A stretch of 64,000 nucleotides of DNA from Eledone cirrhosa (GCA_964016885.1 OZ024746.1:61132001-61196000); one strand, 5' to 3'; counted from the first letter of the stretch, positions 29,041-44,037 are shown. Program-made: numbers and translations. Notes: generated from the sequence alone by a model not told the origin.

Positions 29041-32000
29041 GGGATACATGATATGAAGGTTAAAAAAAACACTTGTGAATAGTGTAGTTTTAAATCAACA
29101 TATGAAAAGTAATTTAAGATTGATGTGTGATATTTTAAAAAAAAAAATGAGGGGTGGGGGAGGGTGAAAAAGAGGAGGAGATGAGAGTAAAGAATGGTGG
29201 GGGAGGAGTATAATAAGGAAGGATGAGATAGAAGGAGAGATGGGTGATAGAAAGAGAGAGATAGCCTTTATAACTGAGAAAAAATAGATATTGTTTCACA
29301 GAGAGAGGTTAAAAAGCCGTTGGAAGATAATATATAATTTAAAAGAATTTGAAAATAAAAAGTTGATGAAGAGAAAAAAAAATTAAGAATAATATTAAAT
29401 TAAGGTTTGTATATTGAAGGGTTTAATAATATGTGCGATGAAAAGAAATTGTTAATATGTATTATTAAAATAAAAATATTAATGTTTTAAGGATATAAGG
29501 TGAAAAGAAGTAGAAGAGTGGATGAATTATGAATTTAGAGGAATTAGTTAGTGTTTAAGTTTGTTTTTATGTAATGTAATATGTATGCGTAATATATGTA
29601 AATAGTTTGTTTGCAAATGAGCGCAGAAAGCAAAGAAGAAAATAGTGTTTAAGGAAGAGAAGACTCTAACATCAAAATATATATGTTTATGAAGTATTTT
29701 CTAATGGTAATAATATAATGTAATAAAGGAGATTAGTTAGGGTTTAAGTTTGTTTTTATGTATTGTGATATGTAATATGTAAAAGTCAGACGAGCATGAA
29801 AGGGAGAAAAATATAATGAACTGAACTGAGGAGGAATAATCTAACGTCAAAAAAATGTTTGTTTACGAAGGATTTTTAAAGGAAATGCTATAAAGTATTT
29901 AAAAGGTAATAAATAATTTTTATGGCCAATGATATGAAGAAAGATGGAAGAGTGGATATGTTGTGGTGAGTAATAATAAGAATTGAGAAGTATTTAGGAA
30001 GAAAAAGTACAGATTAGAGGTTAGAAATTAAAAGAAAAGAGGAAGAAAGGAAAGTGATAAATAGGAATGATATAGAATGAGTAACTAGTATTATATAATG
30101 TATAATAAATAATATTGAAATAAGGTAGAAAGATGGGTATATTTTTAAAGAAATATATATATAAGCCTTTGAGAAAAAGGATTTTAAACTGGTAAAGTAT
30201 TAGATATTAGCTGTATACTTTATAGAATGTTCTGTGGAATTTATGCAAGCAGAGAGAAAATAAGTCAGTGCGTCTATTTATTATAGAATCTAAATTAGAT
30301 ATAATGGTAAATTTCTCACATAACAAAGATTACACGTTCTGGATAGGGAGGCATTCAAGTAGGGAGAGGCAGAACAAACTTTCCTCCAAGAGATGTTATA
30401 GTTAATATTTTTGTCTTTCAAGGACCATATGAGTTCTGAGAGTACCGTGTTGGTTCTTTTAAGTTGGTATTTAAAAGAATTGTGATTATATAAACGAGCT
30501 TTGAAGGAGGTGGAAGTGGAGCCGAAATAGGTAAAGGAATTGGTATCAGTTATAACTTTACATTCATAGACTAAGTTTTTTTCAAGACAATGGTTGTTGA
30601 GAGGACATTTATTTTTAACAGGGCAATTACAATTGCGATTAGAGAAATTAACAGAGTTATTAACAAGTGACTTAGTGTTATCTATAGGAGGAATTGGATT
30701 AGAGAAGTTATTTGCGATAGGAATAATAGTTTCCTGATTTAGATTGGTATTAAGAACATTTGACGAAGTTACGTTTGACGTCGCATTTGAGTTTGCAGAA
30801 ACTAGCCTAGAGTTAACAATGACGTCGGGAGTACTACTGCTATTATTATGACATTCAGTGTTGGAAGGAAGTGATTTAGTATTTAATATTTTATTGTTGT
30901 GTTTAGAGATGTTGGAGGAGGTGGAATAGGAAAATGTTATTGTATGTTTGTTAAATATTTTACTATAGATATGTGAGGGAGGGAAGCATTTATTTAAGGC
31001 ACTAAAGAATAATTTAGGAATATTATTATTAATAGAAATAGAGAAAGGAACATTATACCAGATTATATTTTTGTATCTAGGTCTTTTATTTAAGTTATTG
31101 GAATGATCATAATTAATTATTTTACTGTAAGATCTTCTATGATTGGTTTCTTTACTGTATTTGATTTTATCAGGATAACCGGCTTTAGAAAGCGCATTAT
31201 TATAGTAATTGGCGTTAGCATCAAAGATATTTTTTATTAGATGATAGGTTTGATATTCTTTTTCCAATTTTACTAACTATAGCATTTTTAATATTAGTGG
31301 GGTGGTTAGATTTAAAATTAACAATTTAGATTCTCATTGTTTTTATGGTAAGGGTAATATAGGCCAGTGTCAAGATTGAGGGATATATCCAAGAAGTTAG
31401 CTAGTTTGACGTTGTTATCAAATTCAATTTTTAAGTTATGTTGGTTAAAGAGATCACGTATATTGTTCTTAATAATATTAAGGTTAACTATATTGCAATT
31501 TAAGATAGTAAAAAGCCCATCGTCACGATAAATTCCACAGCGAAGTTGAGGAATTTTCCGATTTAAAGAATTCAAAATAAAGATACCAATTAAATCAGTC
31601 AATTGTGATGAATCGGATGCACCCATTGTAATGTCAAAGTTGTTGGAGGTATCAGCTCTAGTCCAGTATTCATTGTTGAATTCTAAGATGGTTTTTCGTG
31701 CGGTGAGAATGATGTGAAGTTCATCTGTGGTGATGTCAGAATATTTAAAAGCGAAAGATATAGCATTGTTGAGAAGTGAGGGCGAAATAGAAGAATAGTA
31801 GCTGGCAATATCAAATTGAACACATTTTTGTTTGTTTTTCTTATTCAGGTTGTTGAACCAGCCAATTACTTCAATTACTTTTTTTTTTTTTCTTCATCAA
31901 CTTTTTATTTTCAAATTCTTTTAAATTATATATTATCTTCCAACGGCTTTTTAACCTCTCTCTGTGAAACAATATCTATTTTTTCTCAGTTATAAAGGCT

Positions 32001-32225
32001 ATCTCTCTCTTTCTATCACCCCTCTCTCCTCCTATCTCCTCCTTCCTTATTATACTCCTCCCCTACCATTCTTTACTCTCATCTCCTCCTCTTTTTCATC
32101 CTTTCCAGCTCCCCCCCCCTCATTTTTTTCCCCAATATCACACATCAATCTTAAATTACTTTTCATATGTTGATTTAAAACTCCACTATTCACAAGTGTT
32201 TTTTAACCTTCATATCATGTATCCC

Positions 32226-32296
32226 TATTTTATCTGACGAAAACGCAAATGTCATCGCATGATGATATTTGTTTTTGAAATGCGCATAATAAAATA
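32226..32296 (+). ncRNA. Type-I hammerhead in the inverted pLTR copy
   Basis: Near-exact reverse complement of 28970-29040. Confidence 0.82.
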
Positions 32297-32326
32297 CATG
32301 GAACTCTTTTAACCATCTTTTGATCT

Positions 32327-32391
<65 letters not shown>

Positions 32392-32393
<2 letters not shown>

Positions 32394-32731
32394 ATATATT
32401 AAATGGAAACTATATTTATAGAACCATATTTATTTTATTATACATATTTCAAGGGCCACCAAGGCAAATTATGGTGCGCTTTCATCAGATAAAATACAAT
32501 ACAGATTAGTTTTATAAATAAATATTGACATACCCTGAAAAAAGACAACCTTAACGGTTGGAGCTTCCTGGATATGGTTTTATAAATATAGTTTCCATTT
32601 GTTAATATATTGTATATTTTGTCCATTTGTTAATATATTGTATATTTAATAATTTGTTGAGTGCTTTATATCAGTTATAAAAATATTTTTAATGTTTGTT
32701 GTTTCCCAACAAATTAAATATAACCTCTGCA
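32392..32731. mobile_element. Rearranged solo pLTR-like repeat with hammerhead (32433-32496, minus strand)
   Basis: Same family. The left part is inverted relative to the right part, which ends aacctctgc. Confidence 0.7.
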
Positions 32732-32744
32732 TATATCTCTCTAT

Positions 32745-32917
32745 CTAAGGCGGGTAAAATTCCCGAGATCCATGGACGTGTTCTCTCCAGCGGTCTCTGT
32801 CCCTCATTATCGCTAGCATGTCCTGCGTCTCCAACAGACCAGTGTCTGTCCTTAGGGCATCAACATACGTTAACCTTGGTCTTCCTCTTCTAGTGTGTCC
32901 ATGTAGGGTCTCCCAAT

Positions 32918-32918
<1 letters not shown>
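32745..32918 (-). mobile_element. RTE-clade LINE 3' fragment
   Basis: WETLHGHTRRGRPRLTYVDALRTDTGL...MRDRDRWR. Confidence 0.7.
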
Positions 32919-32981
<63 letters not shown>

Positions 32982-33023
32982 AGAGAGAGAGAGAAAGAGA
33001 GACAGTGAGTGAAAGAGAGATGG

Positions 33024-33101
<78 letters not shown>

Positions 33102-33110
33102 AAAGAGAGA

Positions 33111-33150
<40 letters not shown>

Positions 33151-33169
33151 AAAAAATACAATTACTCAC

Positions 33170-33397
33170 ATGAGAAAGAATCGAGGCAGTAAACTGTCTC
33201 ACAACATTTGCCTTTCCGTTTTTGAGGGTTGGTGCATACCAAATTTGTTTTCGTTGGGAGTATTTCAGGTGTGGGCGCACACCTTAGTGGGTGACATACA
33301 ATATCACTGTTCTTATCACAGATACATAACTGGCAGTCGTTACTGAGAAATGGACTTAGTTTGTGATGAACTTCATCTTTATAGACGCATGTCTCTT
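33170..33397 (-). CDS. Exon: VWC domain
   Basis: ttgtcag acceptor, gtgagt donor, 228 nt, phase 1-1. TCVYKD...DCQLCICD...CHPLRC...C...GKCCETVYC. Confidence 0.9.
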
Positions 33398-33471
33398 CTG
33401 ACAAATCCGAAAACAAATACAGAAATGAATATCATCATTAGCATATAAATAAATATATATATGTATATATA

Positions 33472-33587
<116 letters not shown>

Positions 33588-33719
33588 CAGAGAGAGAAAA
33601 ATGATTATTGGAAAAAGAAACGATATTTTTTCCGTAGAAAATGTTGAAAGTAAATTGTTTTTCTTTCAGTGAAGTGTCAAAGAGTATAAATATATATACG
33701 TGTATATATCAATATATAC

Positions 33720-33763
<44 letters not shown>

Positions 33764-33783
33764 ATATATATATATATGTGTGC

Positions 33784-33847
<64 letters not shown>

Positions 33848-33890
33848 GTATATATATATGTATATATATATGTATATATATATGTATATG

Positions 33891-33993
<103 letters not shown>

Positions 33994-34059
33994 TTATATA
34001 TGTATATTTATATATGTATATTTATATATATATATATCTTTATATATATATATATATAT

Positions 34060-34681
<622 letters not shown>

Positions 34682-35608
34682 AATGTTTGGTGAATCCATT
34701 GTGGTTTTTATTGGTTGTAACTTCTCTGTTTTTTAGCCTAAGAAAATATATATATGCCTATGTATATAATTACATGCATACATTTATTTTTTTTAATTAA
34801 TTGAGTTCTTTACATGAGGAATTGATATTAGTTTTGAAATAGCTAATTAACCCGCGTGTGTTTTATATTTTACTCTTAATTTGGCCGGAGATTTACATTC
34901 CCATTTGCCCTTTAAAGCATAACTTTCTGTATTTACTACGGTTACGAGATGCGGTTTCTTATTCAGGTACAACCTCTGATTTTAGCCTAAGAAAATATCT
35001 ATATGCGTGTGTAATTTATACACGCATATATTTATTTTTTTAATTTCAATTGAGTTCTTAACACGTTGGATTGATAATGTTTTCGAAAAAAACTGTTTAA
35101 CCCGCGTGTATATTATTTTTTTCCCTCCTTTCGTGGATCGTAGTTGTCTCCCCTTCCCGCTTAGTGACGCTATAACACTTCCTCAGTCAAAAACTGCTGG
35201 AATTTCAAATTTGCCGGTCATTTGATGCGGGGAAAGAGCAACTTAACGGACACGATTTTTAACTGTGGTAAGAAATGTTTTTCTTATATCAAGGTTTAAT
35301 GGGCTTCCACTGATGATTTATAAGCGCCCACCTAAATATATTCTTACATGAATGTATATTAGGCTTCTACATAAATTGGAAATATTCTCCGAATTTGTAG
35401 AAAACTTATAATGAAACAATTGTTTGGAAAGAGAGATATATTTTAACTTTAATTATATCTCATAAAATAATACAACTGGCTTTTCCACATAATACATATT
35501 GTTAGCACCCCAAACACTTAAATTGGGTTTATATTAAAATATAACCTAATGTTTGTTGAGTGAGATGGTTACCAGTCAGAGAGTAGCTTTAAACTATCTC
35601 TGTTATTG

Positions 35609-35686
<78 letters not shown>

Positions 35687-36115
35687 GGCAGTATCGGTAG
35701 AAAGTCGGACGCCATGCTTTGACGCATAGAGTTACGGCCCTTGCCATTCTGAGTTCAAATCCCGCCGAGTTTAACTTTGCCTTTCATCCTTACGGGGTCG
35801 ATAAAATAAAGTACCAGTAATGCACTGAGTAATTACTGGCTTTGTGCCTAAAGTAGAAACAATTAATATATAACGGAATCGGAAGCTCTTCAGATACGAG
35901 GAGCTTCCGATTCCAGAGTCAGGTTCGATCATTAATAGATCGTTCCTCGAGTTTATCGACAGTGAAACATATGTAATATGTAATTAAATATGTATATGAT
36001 GCAACACTGATTCTTTGTTCTCTTATATATTAATATTATTGATACTCTGCTCCCCAAGAGCATCGAGTGCTCACTCTGCATACCGTCTAAGGACGCAATT
36101 AATTTGCACCTTTAA

Positions 36116-36224
<109 letters not shown>

Positions 36225-36274
36225 GTATATATATATGTATATATATGTATATATATATGTATATATATATATAA

Positions 36275-36332
<58 letters not shown>

Positions 36333-36915
36333 CGGCGATGAATTAGTTTAGCGAGGTTTTTTATATGAAATCGTGTGTCGAAACAAATATTGTTATACTT
36401 GGGGAGGGTCATATTTGTGTAATATTGCCAGAATTAATAACAGAACACAGAACACATAATATAATATTTTAGCATGGCAATTTACATTCAAAGATTAAAG
36501 TCATATTCGTAAACTGCCAATGTTGTATTTTAACTTTAATTTTGTTTTAATTTTAATATGACTTTAATCTTTGAATGTAAATTGCCATGCTAAAATATTA
36601 TAATGGATGTCAACCCACTGTGCATCGATATATACATATGTTTCTGTATGTCTCTTGTGTTGGAAAGGAGGTCATGTATGTAAACAATCATTGAAAAATT
36701 GCTCCGAAGACTCCAAACCTCGGTTTGGAAGAAACAATTGTAAGCTAATAAATAGTTTGAACAGAACTTTGATTCATGTAATTTCTATATAACTGCTCTG
36801 TAGAACAACTGATGTTATTACATTGAGCTATTTATCTTACTGGTAATAAGGTAGTAATAAATTACTGTCTTTCACTGTTTAGGGTTTAAAATATATATAA
36901 CTATATATGATGTAT

Positions 36916-36961
<46 letters not shown>

Positions 36962-37026
36962 GTATATGTATATATATATATGTATATATACATATATATG
37001 TATATATATATATGTATATATATATG

Positions 37027-37108
<82 letters not shown>

Positions 37109-37116
37109 CATATATA

Positions 37117-37392
<276 letters not shown>

Positions 37393-37450
37393 TATATATA
37401 ATATATATATATATAATATATATATATATATAATATATATATATATATAT

Positions 37451-40400
37451 GTGAATATAGACATAGAATATTCGAAAATATTCTGTATGTTTATAATAAA
37501 CATTTTGAAGACCTAATCGCTATAGAATAGAATACGTCACGTATTACAATTAGATTCTCGATAAAAGCAAGGGAAGTAATCTACGCGTTTCATTCTCGTT
37601 AGAAATCATCAGGACTACATATCCAGTGCTTTTATCGAGAATGACACAGCTAGAGACTTATAGAATACTTAGCTGTGTACAGGAACTGGTTTGAAAGAGC
37701 GGTTGCCGGTCCGGCAGAAATTAGAAATTGGAATAAATGCTCTGAAATAGCGATATATATGTGAATATAGACATAGAATATTCGAAAATATTCTGTATGT
37801 TTATAATAAACATTTTGAAGACCTAATCGCTATAGAATAGAATACGTCACGTATTACAATTAGATTCTCGATAAAAGCAAGGGAAGTAATCTACGCGTTT
37901 CATTCTCGTTAGAAATCATCAGGACTACATATCCAGTGCTTTTATCGAGAATGACACAGCTAGAGACTTATAGAATACTTAGCTGTGTACAGGAACTGGT
38001 TTGAAAGAGCGGTTGCCGGTCCGGCAGAAATTAGAAATTGGAATAAATGCTCTGAAATAGCGATATATATGTGAATATAGACATAGAATATTCGAAAATA
38101 TTCTGTATGTTTATAATAAACATTTTGAAGACTTAATCGCTATAGAATAGAATACGTCACGTATTACAATTAGATTCTCGATAAAAGCAAGGGAAGTAAT
38201 CTACGCGTTTCATTCTCGTTAGAAATCATCAGGACTACATATCCAGTGCTTTTATCGAGAATGACACAGCTAGAGACTTATAGAATACTTAGCTGTGTAC
38301 AGGAACTGGTTTGAAAGAGCGGTTGCCGGTCCGGCAGAAATTAGAAATTGGAATAAATGCTCTGAAATAGCGATATATATGTGAATATAGACATAGAATA
38401 TTCGAAAATATTCTGTATGTTTATAATAAACATTTTGAAGACCTAATCGCTATAGAATAGAATACGTCACGTATTACAATTAGATTCTCGATAAAAGCAA
38501 GGGAAGTAATCTACGCGTTTCATTCTCGTTAGAAATCATCAGGACTACATATCCAGTGCTTTTATCGAGAATGACACAGCTAGAGACTTATAGAATACTT
38601 AGCTGTGTACAGGAACTGGTTTGAAAGAGCGGTTGCCGGTCCGGCAGAAATTAGAAATTGGAATAAATGCTCTGAAATAGCGATATATATGTGAATATAG
38701 ACATAGAATATTCGAAAATATTCTGTATGTTTATAATAAACATTTTGAAGACCTAATCGCTATAGAATAGAATACGTCACGTATTACAATTAGATTCTCG
38801 ATAAAAGCAAGGGAAGTAATCTACGCGTTTCATTCTCGTTAGAAATCATCAGGACTACATATCCAGTGCTTTTATCGGGAATGACACAGCTAGAGACTTA
38901 TAGAATACTTAGCTGTGTACAGGAACTGGTTTGAAAGAGCGGTTGCCGGTCCGGCAGAAATTAGAAATTGGAATAAATGCTCTGAAATAGCGATATATAT
39001 GTGAATATAGACATAGAATATTCGAAAATATTCTGTATGTTTATAATAAACATTTTGAAGACCTAATCGCTATAGAATAGAATACGTCACGTATTACAAT
39101 TAGATTCTCGATAAAAGCAAGGGAAGTAATCTACGCGTTTCATTCTCGTTAGAAATCATCAGGACTACATATCCAGTGCTTTTATCGAGAATGACACAGC
39201 TAGAGACTTATAGAATACTTAGCTGTGTACAGGAACTGGTTTGAAAGAGCGGTTGCCGGTCCGGCAGAAATTAGAAATTGGAATAAATGCTCTGAAATAG
39301 CGATATATATGTGAATATAGACATAGAATATTCGAAAATATTCTGTATGTTTATAATAAACATTTTGAAGACCTAATCGCTATAGAATAGAATACGTCAC
39401 GTATTACAATTAGATTCTCGATAAAAGCAAGGGAAGTAATCTACGCGTTTCATTCTCGTTAGAAATCATCAGGACTACATATCCAGTGCTTTTATCGAGA
39501 ATGACACAGCTAGAGACTTATAGAATACTTAGCTGTGTACAGGAACTGGTTTGAAAGAGCGGTTGCCGGTCCGGCAGAAATTAGAAATTGGAATAAATGC
39601 TCTGAAATAGCGATATATATGTGAATATAGACATAGAATATTCGAAAATATTCTGTATGTTTATAATAAACATTTTGAAGACCTAATCGCTATAGAATAG
39701 AATACGTCACGTATTACAATTAGATTCTCGATAAAAGCAAGGGAAGTAATCTACGCGTTTCATTCTCGTTAGAAATCATCAGGACTACATATCCAGTGCT
39801 TTTATCGAGAATGACACAGCTAGAGACTTATAGAATACTTAGCTGTGTACAGGAACTGGTTTGAAAGAGCGGTTGCCGGTCCGGCAGAAATTAGAAATTG
39901 GAATAAATGCTCTGAAATAGCGATATATATGTGAATATAGACATAGAATATTCGAAAATATTCTGTATGTTTATAATAAACATTTTGAAGACCTAATCGC
40001 TATAGAATAGAATACGTCACGTATTACAATTAGATTCTCGATAAAAGCAAGGGAAGTAATCTACGCGTTTCATTCTCGTTAGAAATCATCAGGACTACAT
40101 ATCCAGTGCTTTTATCGGGAATGACACAGCTAGAGACTTATAGAATACTTAGCTGTGTACAGGAACTGGTTTGAAAGAGCGGTTGCCGGTCCGGCAGAAA
40201 TTAGAAATTGGAATAAATGCTCTGAAATAGCGATATATATGTGAATATAGACATAGAATATTCGAAAATATTCTGTATGTTTATAATAAACATTTTGAAG
40301 ACCTAATCGCTATAGAATAGAATACGTCACGTATTACAATTAGATTCTCGATAAAAGCAAGGGAAGTAATCTACGCGTTTCATTCTCGTTAGAAATCATC

Positions 40401-41217
40401 AGGACTACATATCCAGTGCTTTTATCGAGAATGACACAGCTAGAGACTTATAGAATACTTAGCTGTGTACAGGAACTGGTTTGAAAGAGCGGTTGCCGGT
40501 CCGGCAGAAATTAGAAATTGGAATAAATGCTCTGAAATAGCGATATATATGTGAATATAGACATAGAATATTCGAAAATATTCTGTATGTTTATAATAAA
40601 CATTTTGAAGACCTAATCGCTATAGAATAGAATACGTCACGTATTACAATTAGATTCTCGATAAAAGCAAGGGAAGTAATCTACGCGTTTCATTCTCGTT
40701 AGAAATCATCAGGACTACATATCCAGTGCTTTTATCGAGAATGACACAGCTAGAGACTTATAGAATACTTAGCTGTGTACAGGAACTGGTTTGAAAGAGC
40801 GGTTGCCGGTCCGGCAGAAATTAGAAATTGGAATAAATGCTCTGAAATAGCGATATATATGTGAATATAGACATAGAATATTCGAAAATATTCTGTATGT
40901 TTATAATAAACATTTTGAAGACCTAATCGCTATAGAATAGAATACGTCACGTATTACAATTAGATTCTCGATAAAAGCAAGGGAAGTAATCTACGCGTTT
41001 CATTCTCGTTAGAAATCATCAGGACTACATATCCAGTGCTTTTATCGAGAATGACACAGCTAGAGACTTATAGAATACTTAGCTGTGTACAGGAACTGGT
41101 TTGAAAGAGCGGTTGCCGGTCCGGCAGAAATTAGAAATTGGAATAAATGCTCTGAAATAGCGATATATATGTGAATATAGACATAGAATATTCGAAAATA
41201 TTCTGTATGTTTATAAT
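37451..41217 (-). mobile_element. Tandem array of 310-bp units (12 full plus ~47 bp), each with a type-I hammerhead ribozyme; candidate non-LTR retrozyme
   Basis: Units start at 37451+310n. Only three substitutions seen (38132, 38878, 40118). Minus strand of each unit reads gtagtc-CTGATGA-tttct aacg agaat-GAAA-cgcg-TA-gattac. The left end abuts (AT)n. Confidence 0.9.
37576..37618 (-). ncRNA. Type-I hammerhead ribozyme (unit 1; repeated every 310 bp to 40986-41028)
   Basis: Intact core CUGAUGA/GAAA/GUA. Stem I gtagtc/gattac, stem II ttct/agaa, palindromic stem III (CGCG). 16-bp outer helix pairs 37554-37569 with 37627-37642. Confidence 0.88.
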
Positions 41218-41460
41218 ATCGCGTGACTATCTCCCCCTCCGCCTTTTGGGATTCTTTCTCACGTCGTGTAGACGCGTTCTTGAGACTAGTAAAATGAGGT
41301 ATCCTCTTGATAAGTCGGCAGACCTCGCAGAGACTCTATATCTTTATGATGTATTGTTTTTGTTTATGCCACGAAACTACGTAGTCGAGGAATCTAGGAG
41401 CAGTTTAGGTATGATACATTTTATTACTTATTATATCTAAATGTTTCTTCTCTCTTCATA

Positions 41461-41528
<68 letters not shown>

Positions 41529-41852
41529 AAATGATAACAAAGACGATTAGTTACTCCTTCATTACATTTACTGGTAGGTGACGCGCGTTTCGCAACTGAT
41601 CAGCTCAAGGTTCGATCTGTATCAATCCTACCCGACTCAATGATCGGCAGCTCGACGGACCCTTTGAGCTGATCAGTGGCGAAACGCGCGTCACCTACCA
41701 ATAAATGTAATGAAGGAGTAACCAATCGTCCTTCTTATCCTTTCAATATATTACACTCTGTATTGCTCTACACCTCAACACAGAAGTGAACCTAAACATC
41801 GAGTGCTCTCCCCGGTGAACCTGCAGTAACTCCAAGTTACACCGCCTGGATA

Positions 41853-41892
<40 letters not shown>

Positions 41893-41894
41893 CA

Positions 41895-42094
41895 TATATT
41901 TTGTCTGATGAAGGCATAGCATATTGTTAATATGATATCCCCGAAATATATATAATGAAATAAATATGGTTTTATAAATATAGTTTTCCATTTATTTAAT
42001 ATTGTAAATATACTCCAAGTATTTGTCGAGTGCTTTTATATCAGTTATAAATATTTACTAGTTGTAACCCAACAATTTTAAATATAACTTTACA
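41895..42094 (+). mobile_element. Diverged solo pLTR-like repeat with hammerhead (41897-41962)
   Basis: tattttgt-CTGATGA-agg...ccc-GAAA-tatata-TA-atgaaata. Confidence 0.65.
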
Positions 42095-42245
42095 TGTATA
42101 TATATACATATATATATATACATATATATATATACATATATATATATACATATATATATATACATATATATATATACATATATATATATACATATATATA
42201 TATACATATATATACATATATATATATACATATATATATATATAC

Positions 42246-42382
<137 letters not shown>

Positions 42383-42743
42383 CATATATACATATACATA
42401 TATACATATACATATATACATATATACATATATACATATATACATATACACATATACATATATACATATACATATATACATATACATATATACATATACA
42501 CATATACATATATACATATACATATATACATATATACATATACATATATACATATACATATATACATATACATATATACATATACATATATATATATACA
42601 TATATATATATACATATATATATACACATATATATATATACATATATATATATACATATATATATACACATATATATATACACATATATATATACATATA
42701 TATATACATATATATATACATATATATATACATATATATATAC

Positions 42744-42826
<83 letters not shown>

Positions 42827-42831
<5 letters not shown>

Positions 42832-43355
42832 GGAAAAAATGAAACGAAATTTCATTTCCCACTCTTAGTACGGCTGTTACTTAAATATAAGTATGTACAC
42901 GTACATACATATATGTATACAGACGTACAGTAGTATGTATATATATACATACATACATGCATACATATATATATGTACGTATGGATTCACCGAACATTTA
43001 TTATAATGCTCGGTGTGTTTGTAAACAAGCATCCCGTATTAAGCCGTAGTGTCTAGCAACCATCGTTGCTCGTTTGTTTAACACTGACAAAGGAACGCTG
43101 TACTAGTTTCAAGCTTATTGGCTATCGTCAGCAACGTATACCTTCCTGCCAGATTGTTGAACGTATATACTTACCTTATGCATATTAACGGCTGAGTAGC
43201 CCAATTTGCATATCGAGTGGGTTAATCGGCCGGGTGCACCGAAAACGATAAACGGAAAAAATGATACGAAATTTCATTTCCCACTCTTAGTACGGCTGTT
43301 ACTTAAATATAAGTATGTACACGTACATACATATATGTATACCGACGTACAGTAG

Positions 43356-43399
<44 letters not shown>

Positions 43400-43457
43400 C
43401 ATGCACACATATATATATGTACGTATGGATTCACCTAACATTTATCATAATGCTCGG
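42827..43457 (-). mobile_element. Retrozyme-like family B copy (~1.4 units); HHR at 43095-43137
   Basis: Direct repeat at 42828 and 43251 (423 bp). Intact CUGACGA/GAAA/GUA core. Confidence 0.8.
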
Positions 43458-43469
43458 TAACTCACCTCC

Positions 43470-43516
<47 letters not shown>

Positions 43517-44037
43517 TTTCAATATTGAAAATAATAAGGTATATCATAGAAAACGCACAGAAATATGTAATGTATTATGTAATATTTCGAGGTCATGAAA
43601 TTGATCAGAGTTGACAAAACATTGAAGGTTAACAAATGTCGTGCGAGAATAGCCTAATAATATTTCTAAATCCTAGTGTTGCTACTGGCAATATCGGTAG
43701 AGTGTCGGACAACATACTTTGCAACATCGAGTTGTGGCCCTTTATGTTCTGTGTTAAAATCCTTTCGAGGTTAGCTTTGCCTTTCATCCTTACGGTGTCG
43801 ATAAATAAAGTACCAGTAATGCATTGCGGTCAATTAATCGACTTTCCTGTGTGCCCCCCCCCCCCCCCCTCCAAAAAAAAATTGTTGGCCTTGTGCCTAA
43901 ATGAGAAACCATTATTTTAGTTAAATTTTAGTTACGTAACTAATAATAAAACTGAAGAAACTTAACTGGGAGGTATATAAGTATAACAATACATATTTCA
44001 ACTCATGAATTCACAGAAAGAATCTTGCAAATCAAAT

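Larger units (their letters stand above)
28933..32333 (-). mobile_element. Penelope-like element (related to 21027-22941) with ~450-bp inverted pLTR arms
   Basis: RT motifs QFDIASYYSSI, MGASDSSQLTDLIG and IYRDD, and GIY-YIG (LVYEC...YFGST...CNLC) at ~30230-31870 with frameshifts. 28933-29380 is the reverse complement of ~31880-32333. Confidence 0.9.

Noticed and set aside
36462-36600. ~45-bp perfect inverted repeat as an RNA gene
   Set aside because: AT-rich foldback like the other inversion scars here, with no ribozyme core or other support.
37451-41217. Array as a CRISPR locus, rRNA/snRNA cluster or coding repeat
   Set aside because: No unique spacers, no recognisable 5S, tRNA or snRNA sequence, and no ORF. 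The hammerhead explains the unit.
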